DNA of 64,000 nucleotides from Methanobacteriota archaeon. GTDB taxonomy: Archaea; Methanobacteriota; Methanobacteria; Methanobacteriales; Methanobacteriaceae. Made by a program: the position numbers and the translations under genes. The notes beneath the pieces are model-generated. The model ran no database searches. It was not told where the DNA came from and worked only from the letters and a program-made list of their open reading frames with translations. Positions 54,542 to 64,000 of the stretch are shown here, one piece after another (position 1 is the stretch's first letter; every line of letters starts with the position of its first letter). The DNA is taken from assembly GCA_963787255.1 (NCBI GenBank), contig CAWBCJ010000029.1, positions 256,001 through 320,000 of the forward strand, written 5' to 3'.

Positions 54542-56041
54542 TTAACTGAAACCTTTAAGAATATCCTCATATGACATATATCTTTTAAATTGAGGAATTT
54601 CTGCCATTTCAAGAATTTCATGAATATTTAAGTGCTCTTCAACAGTTTTCATGGCGCTTAAACAGAAATCTTCCAGTCTAATTTCCACTTCAGGAGTATT
54701 ACCTCTTTCAGTCATCTTAATCTTTGGAACTTCACCAATAACATTAACATTTGTCTTTACAGTTATGAAAGAGGAAGTTGTTTTAGAAATAGACTTATCA
54801 TAAACCCTGTTAAGTATTACACCACTTGTTTTAACTCCAAGTTTGTCCAAAACTTCAATATGCCCTACAATATCAATTGCAGCAGTTTCTATTCCTCCTT
54901 TACTGCATGAAGTGACCAGAATAACTGGAATATTTGCTGCCTTTGCAATTTCAGCCGTTGAAAATGGAGTTTTTTCATTCAATGCACCTGTAAAAGCACT
55001 CATAACTCCCTCTATTAATACAATGTCGTAATTATGATTTCCAAGATCTATAATTACTTCCTCAAGATCCTTCCATCCAAGCGCTCCAATTTTGATGGAA
55101 GAGAATTTTTCCATATTTTCTTTATTAAGGTAAAGTGAAGGGACTATATCTCTAATATCTGGCCCTACTTTTAATACAGCGACTTTATATCCTTTTTTCC
55201 TTAAAGCTCCAACCATACCTGTTGTCAGGAATGTTTTTCCAGAATCAGATCCCGTACTAGCAATCATTAATGCTTTTGGTATTTTATGAGTTTTTTCTGT
55301 TGCAATAGGCGATTTTACGTAAATATTTGTATCTACACCAATTTCGGTCTTAATTTTAGTAATTAATGCTTTATTTTCATTTTTAATATCTAAAACGTCT
55401 TTTTTTGATGCATCAATATAATTAAGTATATTTTCTACAAGTTTTCTATTTTCATCCAGGCATCCGTGAACCATGGTTCCTATAACGTTTCCTTCATCGT
55501 TTCTGGCCCCAGATAATATTTTTCTAGGATTATTCTGATAATCAGTTCTTTTAACAGTGCTTACAAATAATTGTGGAGCATTTCCTTCAATTAAGCCATA
55601 AGTGTGACAGTGAAATCCTTTAACTTTCTCCCCAATCATTCCCTGAGTTAAAAATGAATCATCAAGAATTTCCGCTTCAACTTGATCTGTTCCAATCATT
55701 GGTTTGAAATGAACGTCCAGAATTCCAAGACCTTCTTTTTCTATGGGGCATGGTGAACGCCTTCCTATGTCTGTTTTATTTGCAAGAAGCTGGAAACCGG
55801 AACACATTCCCAAAATAAATTTGCCATCCTTTTCCATTTTCTGGATTTCAGATTTAAGAGTATCCTTTACGCTTTGTGATTCAATTATACTTCCGCCAGG
55901 AATAATTAATCCATCTAAAGCTTTATTTGCCTTCTCACCATTAACCAAACCATTTTCTTTTACAATATGAGTTGGTAGTTTCCCAAAGTTTTCAAAGACT
56001 GGAAGAGAACCTTTTACATAGAGAAGACCTATTTTTTTCAT
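54542..56041 (-). CDS. CobB/CobQ-like amidotransferase with N-terminal GATase and C-terminal ATPase domains
   Basis: IPGGS, GMCSGFQ, GFHCHTYG, GTMVHG, then STGSDSGKT, KVGPD, IEGVM, GVILN. Confidence 0.85.
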   Translation of the reverse strand: MKKIGLLYVKGSLPVFENFGKLPTHIVKENGLVNGEKANKALDGLIIPGGSIIESQSVKDTLKSEIQKMEKDGKFILGMCSGFQLLANKTDIGRRSPCPIEKEGLGILDVHFKPMIGTDQVEAEILDDSFLTQGMIGEKVKGFHCHTYGLIEGNAPQLFVSTVKRTDYQNNPRKILSGARNDEGNVIGTMVHGCLDENRKLVENILNYIDASKKDVLDIKNENKALITKIKTEIGVDTNIYVKSPIATEKTHKIPKALMIASTGSDSGKTFLTTGMVGALRKKGYKVAVLKVGPDIRDIVPSLYLNKENMEKFSSIKIGALGWKDLEEVIIDLGNHNYDIVLIEGVMSAFTGALNEKTPFSTAEIAKAANIPVILVTSCSKGGIETAAIDIVGHIEVLDKLGVKTSGVILNRVYDKSISKTTSSFITVKTNVNVIGEVPKIKMTERGNTPEVEIRLEDFCLSAMKTVEEHLNIHEILEMAEIPQFKRYMSYEDILKGFS

Positions 56042-56092
56042 TGTTTTTCACTTTAAGTTTCAAAATTGCCCTGAAAAATTAAAAAAATGAAT

Positions 56093-57466
56093 TTATTCAG
56101 TTCCTTCTAGTGCTGCCATCATCTGAATTATTTTAGCGTCATCCAGAGGCTTCCCTTGAATTTGAAGACCAACTGGAATACCTTTTACTTCTCCAGCTTT
56201 CATGCTTCCTGCCGGAATTCCGGCAAGGTTTGCTATAACAGTTAATATATCGTATGCATACATTTCCATTGGATTTAATGATTTACCAATTTTGTGTGGA
56301 AGTTTTGGAACAGTTGGACTTATTATGGCATCCACTCCGCTTAAGAGATTTGTAATTTCTCTTCTAATTAGTGATCTTGCCTGTAATGCTTTTTTATAGT
56401 ATTTACCACTGTATTCTTTCTGACTGATGTAAGATCCGGTATGTATTCTCCTTAAAACTTCCTCTCCACATACTTCTTCAATTCTGTAACCGTATTTTCG
56501 GCCATCGTACTTTCTTGTTGCAGAGAAGAATTCAACATAGTTTATGAGGTAATATGTAGGTAGGCATAAATCAACATAATCGAAGCTTAATTCTACTACC
56601 TCTGCACCCATACCCCTCATTTCATCAATCCGTTCTTCAATTATATTAACTATCTTGTCATCAGATACATCAAAGAATTCTTTTACTACACCCAGCTTCA
56701 TCCCATTCATAACATCTCGCGATTTTTCAGTTATTCCCTCAAAATCAGGAGTAGTTTTTAAAGTTGTACATTCAGTCGGGTCATAGCCCGCAATTGAATC
56801 AAGCATCAACGCAATTCCACCAGCGTCCCGGGCAAAAGGACCAATTTGTTCCAGACTCATGGCAAGATCCAGTAGTCCCTGTCTTGAAACTACCCCATAT
56901 GTTGATTTAAAACCCATAACCCCGCAGTGAGATGCTGGATTCCTTATAGATCCTCCCGTATCGGAACCAAGAGAGAGATCACACATTTCTGCTGCTACTG
57001 CCGCTGCACTTCCCCCACTTGAACCTCCAGGAATTCTCCCAGGCGCTGCAGGATTATCAGTTACTCCAAAATAGGAGGTTTCAGTTGAGCTTCCCGCTGC
57101 AAACTCGTCCATATTGGTTACTCCAATGATTATACCATCTTCATTTCTGATTCTTCTAATAACAGTAGCATCATAGCTCCCCATATAATTTTCAAGGGTT
57201 TTGGAAGCTGCTGAAATTATGAAATCTTCAATGTTGATATTACTTTTAACTCCAATAGTTAAGCCTGCCAGTTTTCCAACTTTTTCGCCTTTTTTAATTT
57301 TTACATCAATTTTTTCCGCCGCAGCCACAGCTTCTTCTTCTTTTATTTCCAAAAAGGCATTGATCTTATCGTTTTTACCCTTTATGTTTTTTAATGAGCT
57401 TTCTAAGTTATCTAATGCCGTTATTTCGTGATTTTTAATTGATTTTGATCTATCTAAAAGATTCAT
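56093..57466 (-). CDS. gatA: Asp-tRNA(Asn)/Glu-tRNA(Gln) amidotransferase subunit A
   Basis: NMDEFAAGSSTE, PGGSSGGSAAA, GSDTGGSIRNPA. Confidence 0.97.
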   Translation of the reverse strand: MNLLDRSKSIKNHEITALDNLESSLKNIKGKNDKINAFLEIKEEEAVAAAEKIDVKIKKGEKVGKLAGLTIGVKSNINIEDFIISAASKTLENYMGSYDATVIRRIRNEDGIIIGVTNMDEFAAGSSTETSYFGVTDNPAAPGRIPGGSSGGSAAAVAAEMCDLSLGSDTGGSIRNPASHCGVMGFKSTYGVVSRQGLLDLAMSLEQIGPFARDAGGIALMLDSIAGYDPTECTTLKTTPDFEGITEKSRDVMNGMKLGVVKEFFDVSDDKIVNIIEERIDEMRGMGAEVVELSFDYVDLCLPTYYLINYVEFFSATRKYDGRKYGYRIEEVCGEEVLRRIHTGSYISQKEYSGKYYKKALQARSLIRREITNLLSGVDAIISPTVPKLPHKIGKSLNPMEMYAYDILTVIANLAGIPAGSMKAGEVKGIPVGLQIQGKPLDDAKIIQMMAALEGTE

Positions 57467-57579
57467 TGCCACACCTAACTTTTTTGCATTTTCAGTAAAA
57501 TAATGATCTTAACTGACTAATTTTTAATTAATCTATTCTATATAGTTGAGGTTCTTATCTATAACTATTTTATATCTAT

Positions 57580-58374
57580 CTAAAAAACTAATGTCAAAAT
57601 ATTTAACAAACCTGATTTAATATTTGCAGGTGCCATTATTAGTAATAAAATAATCAATATTGGCTGGTGAATAATGTAAATAAGCAATGAATGTCGCCCT
57701 AAAAATCCCGAAACCTTTACAATTGCATGTTTTGAAAAATCAGGCAGTTTAAAACACCGGGTATAATCTTCATATAGTGCGTTTCCCAGAAATATCCCCA
57801 GAGATACTACACCTAACCATGGGAGCAACGGGAAATAATCAATGGTGTAAAAATTATAAGGCGTGAATCCAACCCATAATAATCCATAAAAATCAAATCT
57901 AAAGCTCATTAAATAAATTCCGGCTGCAATGAATATTATACCCAAAAATAAATTGGCGTACTTGCGTTTTAGAAAGGGATATTCTAAAATAATGGCCATT
58001 CCAATAAGATGGAGGATTCCAAATATGATAAATCCTTCTCCAATGAATACCCATGTTACTGCAGTTATAATGAGTCCATATCCAAATATTTTTAGTCCTC
58101 TTTTTAAATACTTGAAAATCAGATCTTTTTGGCTTCCGTAACTTGCAGATAGAGTAGTTCTTGAATAACTAAGACTTAAAGACACCCCCACTAAGAAAAT
58201 AAAGATAAATGCAGTTATACGTGCAAACCACCATAAAAATCCTGAATGAATGTTGAAACTGTAAATTCCAAAGAAATATAGATCAAATATAAGGTGAAAT
58301 ATGACCATCATTACTATTGCAAGACCTCTAAGAGAATCTATCTCCCAAAATCGCCGGTTTAAGTTAACATTCAT
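57580..58374 (-). CDS. DUF1624 / heparan-alpha-glucosaminide N-acetyltransferase-like membrane protein
   Basis: RFWEIDSLRGLAI, FGILHLIG, DYFPLLPW, GRHSLLIYIIHQP. Confidence 0.88.
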   Translation of the reverse strand: MNVNLNRRFWEIDSLRGLAIVMMVIFHLIFDLYFFGIYSFNIHSGFLWWFARITAFIFIFLVGVSLSLSYSRTTLSASYGSQKDLIFKYLKRGLKIFGYGLIITAVTWVFIGEGFIIFGILHLIGMAIILEYPFLKRKYANLFLGIIFIAAGIYLMSFRFDFYGLLWVGFTPYNFYTIDYFPLLPWLGVVSLGIFLGNALYEDYTRCFKLPDFSKHAIVKVSGFLGRHSLLIYIIHQPILIILLLIMAPANIKSGLLNILTLVF

Positions 58375-58403
58375 CTAAATACCTTGAATAAATTCTAAAT
58401 TGA

Positions 58404-58713
58404 TTAAAGGATGCTTAAAAACTTATCTGGTCTAATGTAACCTTCATATTTTCCTTTTTCTTTATAATTGGCATCTAATATTATTATTGTTGGAACTACA
58501 TCAGTTTTAAAATTTCTGGCGAGTTCTTGATTTCCATCAATGTCAATTTTTAATAAAACATATTTATTGTTGATTTTTACCATCTAAATACTCATTCATT
58601 GTATTGTAGTACTTAAACTCGTTGTCACACTGACATGTGTCAAAATATTCGGTAGATTCTCCTTCTTTAAGCTTTTAATATTCATTACATCTATTGCAGA
58701 TTAAATATGGCAC
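58404..58713 (-). pseudogene. Decayed zinc-ribbon + thioredoxin-like gene
   Basis: GTG after AGGTG: MPYLICNRCNEY*KLKEGESTEYFDTCQCDNEFKYY...; overlapping 59-aa ORF 58583-58404 KYVLLKIDIDGNQELARNFKTDVVPTIIILD...YEGYIRPDKF is a thioredoxin C-half without CxxC. Confidence 0.65.
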
Positions 58714-58913
58714 TTTAGCACCTTTAACACTTTATTTAATTTCTATTTTCACCTATAAAAATTAATTAGATTGAAAAACATAAATTTAATATCAATTTTA
58801 ATGAAAATGATAAATTGATTAAAGAAGGCCTTAAACTTATTAAATAGAGCTTTTATCAAATTTAAAATCTAAAAGTGATATATTTTGTTGATAATTAATG
58901 GAGGCAGCTTGTA

Positions 58914-60452
58914 TTGGGATCTGATTCAAAAACAGGATGGCTGACGCTTATAATTATTACTTTATCAGTATTTACAATAGTTATCGATAAAACTTTCATG
59001 AATGTGGCAATTTATACTCTAATTAGAGATCTGAATACTAACATTGGCACCATACAGGCGATAATTGCAATTTATTCACTGGTCATGGCTTCTTTGATGC
59101 TTTTAGGTGGGAAACTGCAGAATGTAATGGGCAGGCGAAGAACGTTTCTTATAGGAGCTTCTGTTTATGGTATAGGAACAATTATTGCCGCTTTAAGTAT
59201 TAATAGCGCCATGCTTCTCCTGGGCTGGTCTATATTGGAAGGAATAGGTGCAGCACTTATGATGCCTGCAACAACTTCAATTATTTCTGGAAGCTACAGT
59301 GGAGAAAGAAGGGCTTTTGCACTCGGAATAATTAGTTCTATGGCCTCAGGTGCAGGAACGATAGGACCACTCATTGGGGGATTTTTAACAACTTACTACA
59401 CCTGGCGCTACGCCTTCGGCCTGGAATTATTTATAATCCTTATTATACTTCTATTTTCAAGGAAAATATCTGTATTTCCTCCAATTTTAAAATGGAAAGA
59501 TATTGACATTTTAGGAGCATTGCTTTCATCTTCAGGAATATTTGTACTTGTTGTAGGAATATTACTTCTCAATAATCCACAAAACTGGATAATTGCATTT
59601 ATTTCAATTATTATGGGAATTATCCTTTTAATGGTATTTTACTGGAGTCAAAAGCATAGAATAAACAGGAATATGTCACCTTTACTTGATATTTCGCTTT
59701 TTAAAAACCTTTCATTCACACTGGGAAACATAACAAGACTTATAATGAATTTCACTATTGGAGGTGTAGTTTTCGTTATTCCTGTGTATTTACAGGGTGT
59801 AATTGGGGCTAATCCATTAATTACAGGTTTGGCTTTGATACCTATGAGCATTGGTATTTTTGTAATGTCTTTTACTGCAGGTAAGGTCTCCTCACGATTT
59901 CAGGCACGTTATATCCTTGCTGTTGGGTTTTTAGCTGCATTAATTGGAAGTATTTATCTCAGTCTTATTTTTAGTTCCCAAACAACAATTATTGACATAT
60001 TACCTGGTGTTCTCTTTCTGGGAATTGGAATGGGAATTGTTTTTCCGCATTCTGCAAACGTGATCTTTGCAGTTGCAAGACGGGAACAGCAGCCAGACGC
60101 TTCCGGAGTGTTAAATACGGGTATTAACCTTGGATCATCTCTTGGAACTGCTGTTTTAGGAGTTATATTAATATTAGGCAGTTTTGGAACATTAGCTACA
60201 GGTGCAGGATATGATTTACCTGCAAAATATTCCGGCGAGCAGATTAATAACCATGGATTGTTTGAAAAACTTGATTTAAATTTAAAGGTCACAGAAAATG
60301 GTGAATTAAGTTCTAATGAGAAAAAATCAAACAGTATGAGAGATGCTTTTAATGTTGTTACAGCTATGCTAATTGTTGGTTTGATAAGCTCCTTATTGAT
60401 ACCTGAGAAGATACATAAACCTCGTGAACAAGGGGTTACTACTCATATTTGA
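58914..60452 (+). CDS. MFS drug:H+ antiporter (DHA2, 14 TMS)
   Basis: GGKLQNVMGRRR motif A, GIGAALMMP, GPLIGG.LT...WR. Confidence 0.92.
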   Translation: MGSDSKTGWLTLIIITLSVFTIVIDKTFMNVAIYTLIRDLNTNIGTIQAIIAIYSLVMASLMLLGGKLQNVMGRRRTFLIGASVYGIGTIIAALSINSAMLLLGWSILEGIGAALMMPATTSIISGSYSGERRAFALGIISSMASGAGTIGPLIGGFLTTYYTWRYAFGLELFIILIILLFSRKISVFPPILKWKDIDILGALLSSSGIFVLVVGILLLNNPQNWIIAFISIIMGIILLMVFYWSQKHRINRNMSPLLDISLFKNLSFTLGNITRLIMNFTIGGVVFVIPVYLQGVIGANPLITGLALIPMSIGIFVMSFTAGKVSSRFQARYILAVGFLAALIGSIYLSLIFSSQTTIIDILPGVLFLGIGMGIVFPHSANVIFAVARREQQPDASGVLNTGINLGSSLGTAVLGVILILGSFGTLATGAGYDLPAKYSGEQINNHGLFEKLDLNLKVTENGELSSNEKKSNSMRDAFNVVTAMLIVGLISSLLIPEKIHKPREQGVTTHI

Positions 60453-60564
60453 ATATTTAAAAGAGATACAATTTATTCACGTAATGTGTTTTTATATACA
60501 CGAATAGTTAATTTTAAGAGGATATAAAGTCATAGAAATACAATATTAAAATGAGGTGTATTTG

Positions 60565-61557
60565 ATGCATGAGACAATCCTATTAAATCAAAGCCAAATT
60601 AGTGGCCTTATAACCATGAAAGAAGTTATAGAAAGCGTAGAAACTGCATATAAAGTTCATGCAGAGCGTAAAGTTCAAATGCCTGCTAAAAAATATTTAT
60701 TTTACAAAAAATTCAAGGGAGACCTCAGAATCATGCCCTGTTTTATTAGAGGCATGGACGAATCTGGAGTAAAAAATGTAAATGTACATCCTGATAACCC
60801 TCGAAAATTTGGCTTACCTACAGTAATGGCCATGATAGAGCTTGTAGATCCTCAAACTGGATTTCCAATTTCTGTAATGGACGGAACATGGATTACAAAC
60901 ATGAGGACTGGCGCAGCGGCTGGTGTTGCTACAAAATATCTCGCCAGAGATAATTCTGAAATCGTTGGACTTGTTGGGGCAGGAGTTCAGGCAGAAACTG
61001 GACTTGAAGCCATAAACGAGGTAATGGATATTAAAGAGGTTAAAGTTTCATGCAGGACATGCGAAACAAGGGAAAATTTCGCCGAAAAAGCCTCTGAAAA
61101 ATATGGAATCCCTGTAAAAGCAGTAGATACAATAAAAGAAGCTGTTAAAGGTGCGGATGTACTTCTTACCACCACCCCTGCACGTGAACCAGTTGTAAAA
61201 TCTAAATGGGTTGGTAATGGAACGCATATAAATGCCATGGGAGCTGATGCCCCAGGTAAACAGGAACTAAATAGCCATATACTTCAAAAGGCAAAAATAA
61301 TCATTGATTGCTGGGATCAGGCCAGTCATAGTGGTGAAATTAACATTCCGGTCCATGAAGGACTTGTTAGAAGAAGCGACATACATGGTAAAATTGGAGA
61401 CGTTATACTTGGCACCGTTCCAGGTAGAACAACTGATGAAGAAATTACAGTATTCGATTCCACTGGACTTGCTGTTCAAGACATTGTTACAGCCTGGAAT
61501 GTTTATGAAAAGGCTCTTAAACAAGGTATTGGCAAAAAAATGAACTTCTTGGAATAG
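60565..61557 (+). CDS. ala: Alanine dehydrogenase (ornithine cyclodeaminase/mu-crystallin family)
   Basis: GDLRIMP, GVKNVNVHPDN, ITNMRTGAA, GAGVQA, GADAPGKQE, FDSTGLAVQD. Confidence 0.88.
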   Translation: MHETILLNQSQISGLITMKEVIESVETAYKVHAERKVQMPAKKYLFYKKFKGDLRIMPCFIRGMDESGVKNVNVHPDNPRKFGLPTVMAMIELVDPQTGFPISVMDGTWITNMRTGAAAGVATKYLARDNSEIVGLVGAGVQAETGLEAINEVMDIKEVKVSCRTCETRENFAEKASEKYGIPVKAVDTIKEAVKGADVLLTTTPAREPVVKSKWVGNGTHINAMGADAPGKQELNSHILQKAKIIIDCWDQASHSGEINIPVHEGLVRRSDIHGKIGDVILGTVPGRTTDEEITVFDSTGLAVQDIVTAWNVYEKALKQGIGKKMNFLE

Positions 61558-61647
61558 TTAAATCACTATACATCCTTTTTGAAGCGTGAAATATTAATAT
61601 ACAGTTAAATTTATTTGCATGAAAAACAAACTAAAAATGGTGTTGAA

Positions 61648-61815
61648 ATGTTCCAGGAAAAGAAAATAAATAGAAATGAAGTGATTAACAAAATGGGACA
61701 AGTTTTCGAACGATTCAGGTTTTTGATGCGGACAAAGTCCCTTAATAATGAGCAAATTGAAACCATTGATTATCACATATCAGAGATAATGAAGGTTTTA
61801 AATAAATGCAATTAA
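61648..61815 (+). CDS. Small hypothetical protein (55 aa)
   Basis: ATG after GGTG; amphipathic helical sequence MFQEKKINRNEVINKMGQVFERF... Confidence 0.45.
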   Translation: MFQEKKINRNEVINKMGQVFERFRFLMRTKSLNNEQIETIDYHISEIMKVLNKCN

Positions 61816-61866
61816 TATGAAATCCGCCATATTATCTTATTTTTTAATTAGTTTTCCGTGATTTAA

Positions 61867-62505
61867 TTGATTGAGACTGTATTATTTGCTTTAACCTCAT
61901 TCGGAGTTGGATTATCCGGTGCATTAGTTCCAGGACCCATGCTAACAGTTACCATATCAGATTCTGTAAAAAAAGGATTTAAGGCAGGGCCCCTAATCAT
62001 ATTAGGACATTTTATAACAGAATTGGCCATAATGCTTGCTATTTTAGCAGGTTTAGGATGGATTATCGGTTCACAAACTGCTGTTTTCATTATTGGTACC
62101 TTTGGAGGGCTTGTACTCATTTTTATGGGGTACAACATTTCAAAACCAGACAAAATTTTGTCGGATATTGAAAAAGAAGAGTACGGAACTCAAAAATATG
62201 GATCTGTTATGGGAGGAATAATAACCAGTCTCTCTAACCCATTTTTTTATATCTGGTGGGCTACAATCGGCTGCACATTCATGTTTAAGGGACTTGAACT
62301 TGCAGGAATCGTAGGTCTTTTAGGATTCATAATAGGCCACTGGTCTGCCGATCTTTCATGGTTTAGTGCAATATCTTTCTTTTCAAGTAGAGGGTCAAAA
62401 GTAATGGCAGATAGAACATATAAAGTCGTGATGATGATCTGCGGAGTATTTTTAGTTTTATTAGGTTTCTATTTTATCTTATCGCAAATAAATGTGTTTC
62501 TTTAA
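61867..62505 (+). CDS. LysE family translocator
   Basis: SGALVPGP, GFKAG, GH...E, TSLSNPFFYIWW. Confidence 0.9.
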   Translation: MIETVLFALTSFGVGLSGALVPGPMLTVTISDSVKKGFKAGPLIILGHFITELAIMLAILAGLGWIIGSQTAVFIIGTFGGLVLIFMGYNISKPDKILSDIEKEEYGTQKYGSVMGGIITSLSNPFFYIWWATIGCTFMFKGLELAGIVGLLGFIIGHWSADLSWFSAISFFSSRGSKVMADRTYKVVMMICGVFLVLLGFYFILSQINVFL

Positions 62506-62529
62506 TTCATATTGTAAAAATTAATTTAT

Positions 62530-62682
62530 TCATTTCTTTTTATATCGAAAAACATGCTCTCCTTTTTTAGTATCTTGAGTTACAGATTGTAAAATATATC
62601 TGCCTTTCAAACCATTACTTAATAATTTCTGGATTTTTTCTGGCTTCTCGTCTTCTTCTTCAACTTTAATTCTAATCTCCAA
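62530..62682 (-). CDS. Small hypothetical protein (50 aa, below ORF-track cutoff)
   Basis: GGAGAGGA SD then TTG: MEIRIKVEEEDEKPEKIQKLLSNGLKGRYILQSVTQDTKKGEHVFRYKKK. Confidence 0.5.
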   Translation of the reverse strand: MEIRIKVEEEDEKPEKIQKLLSNGLKGRYILQSVTQDTKKGEHVFRYKKK

Positions 62683-63082
62683 CGTATCCTCTCCATTTAA
62701 TTATAGTAATAGTTGTTTTCTTAATTATTTAAAATTTATTATTACTAAAATTTGCAAAAATTGACTGTAAATAAGATTTTTAGTATACAGGAGATGTGGA
62801 ATCACGTTTTAATGTTGTAAAATACATTTTTACAGTGTAATTATCCTGTAATGTCCCTTGAGGCATTTCTATTTGTAAATTTAATATAGATAATGGGTCT
62901 TTAACTTTTTATTTTCCTTAAAAAGAATTAATTGTCACTAGAAAATATATTTAAAAAGAAAAAAATTTGGATAATTTTCACAAATAATATCAAAAAATTC
63001 CAAAAACAATAAAAATAAGACTAATGTAATAATATAGATTAAATGGATTTTTATAATATCATATGTTAAAGGGAGCTCTTAA

Positions 63083-63883
63083 ATGCTTAATAAAAAGAAC
63101 GCCATTGTATTTGATAATTCAGGGACGCTCATAGAAAGATACCGCGCTTTAAAAAACGTTCAAACAGGATCAATATTCGATAATGTAAGTTCTCTTGATC
63201 TAGTTGATAATGGTATTGAAAGAGCATTAGTTGTTTTGCAAACAGACCCTGCAAAATGCATAATTAATGCAAAACCAAATCAAACCATATTTGAATTCAT
63301 TAATAGAAATAAAATAGAAATTGCTATAAGTTACTCCACAACAGAAATCAAAAAAGCAGAGATTATGGATGTTATCAAAAATGACAAGACCCAGGTAAAA
63401 GATATTCAAGACACAATTAGGGCAGTGATGGATAAAAAATATAATGTGCAGATATGCAGTGGATCTGGAATCATAGTAGCACTTAATATGCAAAAAATTG
63501 AATTCACCATATCATCAGGAGGCAAAATATTTCCAGAAGTGCGAGATGTAGTAAAAAAACTTCAAAATCGTGGCGTTGATATTTTTATTGCATCAGGAGA
63601 TAGAAAAGGATCCCTCCAAAAGTTAGCCGAGTACATTGGAATACCAAAAGAGAATGTATTTGACACTGCTGATGCATGGAAAAAAATGGAAATAATTAAA
63701 GGGTTGAAACGGAATTACAAGGTAGTGATGGTCGGGAACAGCGTGAATGACATATTTGCGCTAGAAGAAGCCGATATAGGTGTTTTAACAGTACAACAAA
63801 AGGAAAATAACCCTCAGAAAGTCTATGATGCTGCAGACATTATTATTGATAATATCAATGAAATTCTGGATATTGAATTTTGA
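63083..63883 (+). CDS. HAD-family hydrolase related to soluble P-type ATPase domains
   Basis: FDNSGTL, IASGDR, K, MVGNSVNDIFALEEADIG. Confidence 0.85.
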   Translation: MLNKKNAIVFDNSGTLIERYRALKNVQTGSIFDNVSSLDLVDNGIERALVVLQTDPAKCIINAKPNQTIFEFINRNKIEIAISYSTTEIKKAEIMDVIKNDKTQVKDIQDTIRAVMDKKYNVQICSGSGIIVALNMQKIEFTISSGGKIFPEVRDVVKKLQNRGVDIFIASGDRKGSLQKLAEYIGIPKENVFDTADAWKKMEIIKGLKRNYKVVMVGNSVNDIFALEEADIGVLTVQQKENNPQKVYDAADIIIDNINEILDIEF

Positions 63884-63885
63884 TT

Positions 63886-64000
63886 TTATAAATTATTTTT
63901 TAGTTTATTAGTTAATTCCTGTTTCTTTGTAGGTTCTTGAAGCCAGACTTTAACTTCTTTCCAGACTTCACCACATTTATCCCCACTTTTTTTACCTATA
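63886..64000 (-). CDS. 3' end of a gene entering from the right edge
   Basis: Open frame ...IGKKSGDKCGEVWKEVKVWLQEPTKKQELTNKLKNNL*. Confidence 0.4.
   Translation of the reverse strand, partial: IGKKSGDKCGEVWKEVKVWLQEPTKKQELTNKLKNNL

Noticed and set aside
60450-60560. NrpR operator upstream of alanine dehydrogenase
   Set aside because: No GGAA-N6-TTCC found; only a weak gtgt/acac repeat around the TATA box

Overview
AT-rich (roughly 30-35% GC by eye) archaeal chromosome from a Methanobacteriales methanogen, most likely Methanobacterium. The placement rests on gene content and order (frhADGB, tfrA, sepS, cfbD, an MthK orthologue). Most of the window is conserved core: map; frhADGB; three tRNA-Arg genes; a MoxR/vWA pair; an information-processing cluster (EndoQ-like, PAC2, nop10, aIF2a, S27e, L44e, GINS, PCNA, TFS, RpoL, Csl4, Dph2, Hpt, SRP54, Pus10, L21e, RpoF, RsmA); and a metabolic block (cbiE, ychF, P-type ATPase, MthK, sfsA, cfbD, hisH, tfrA, sepS, nfi, ribK, ribB, gatA, alanine dehydrogenase). 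I saw no CRISPR array, intact transposase/integrase or rRNA, and I cannot claim a clearly new multi-gene system. The best leads lie outside the ORF track: a decayed island at tRNA-Arg(GCG) with a degenerate tRNA copy and a TIGR02391-like pseudogene, a frameshifted FAD oxidoreductase, several gene remnants, non-canonical CTG/ATA starts, a structured L21e leader, a nested-hairpin REP-like element, and active-site variants (EndoV D->N, MthK E212->Q). Family assignments come from remembered motifs, not database searches.
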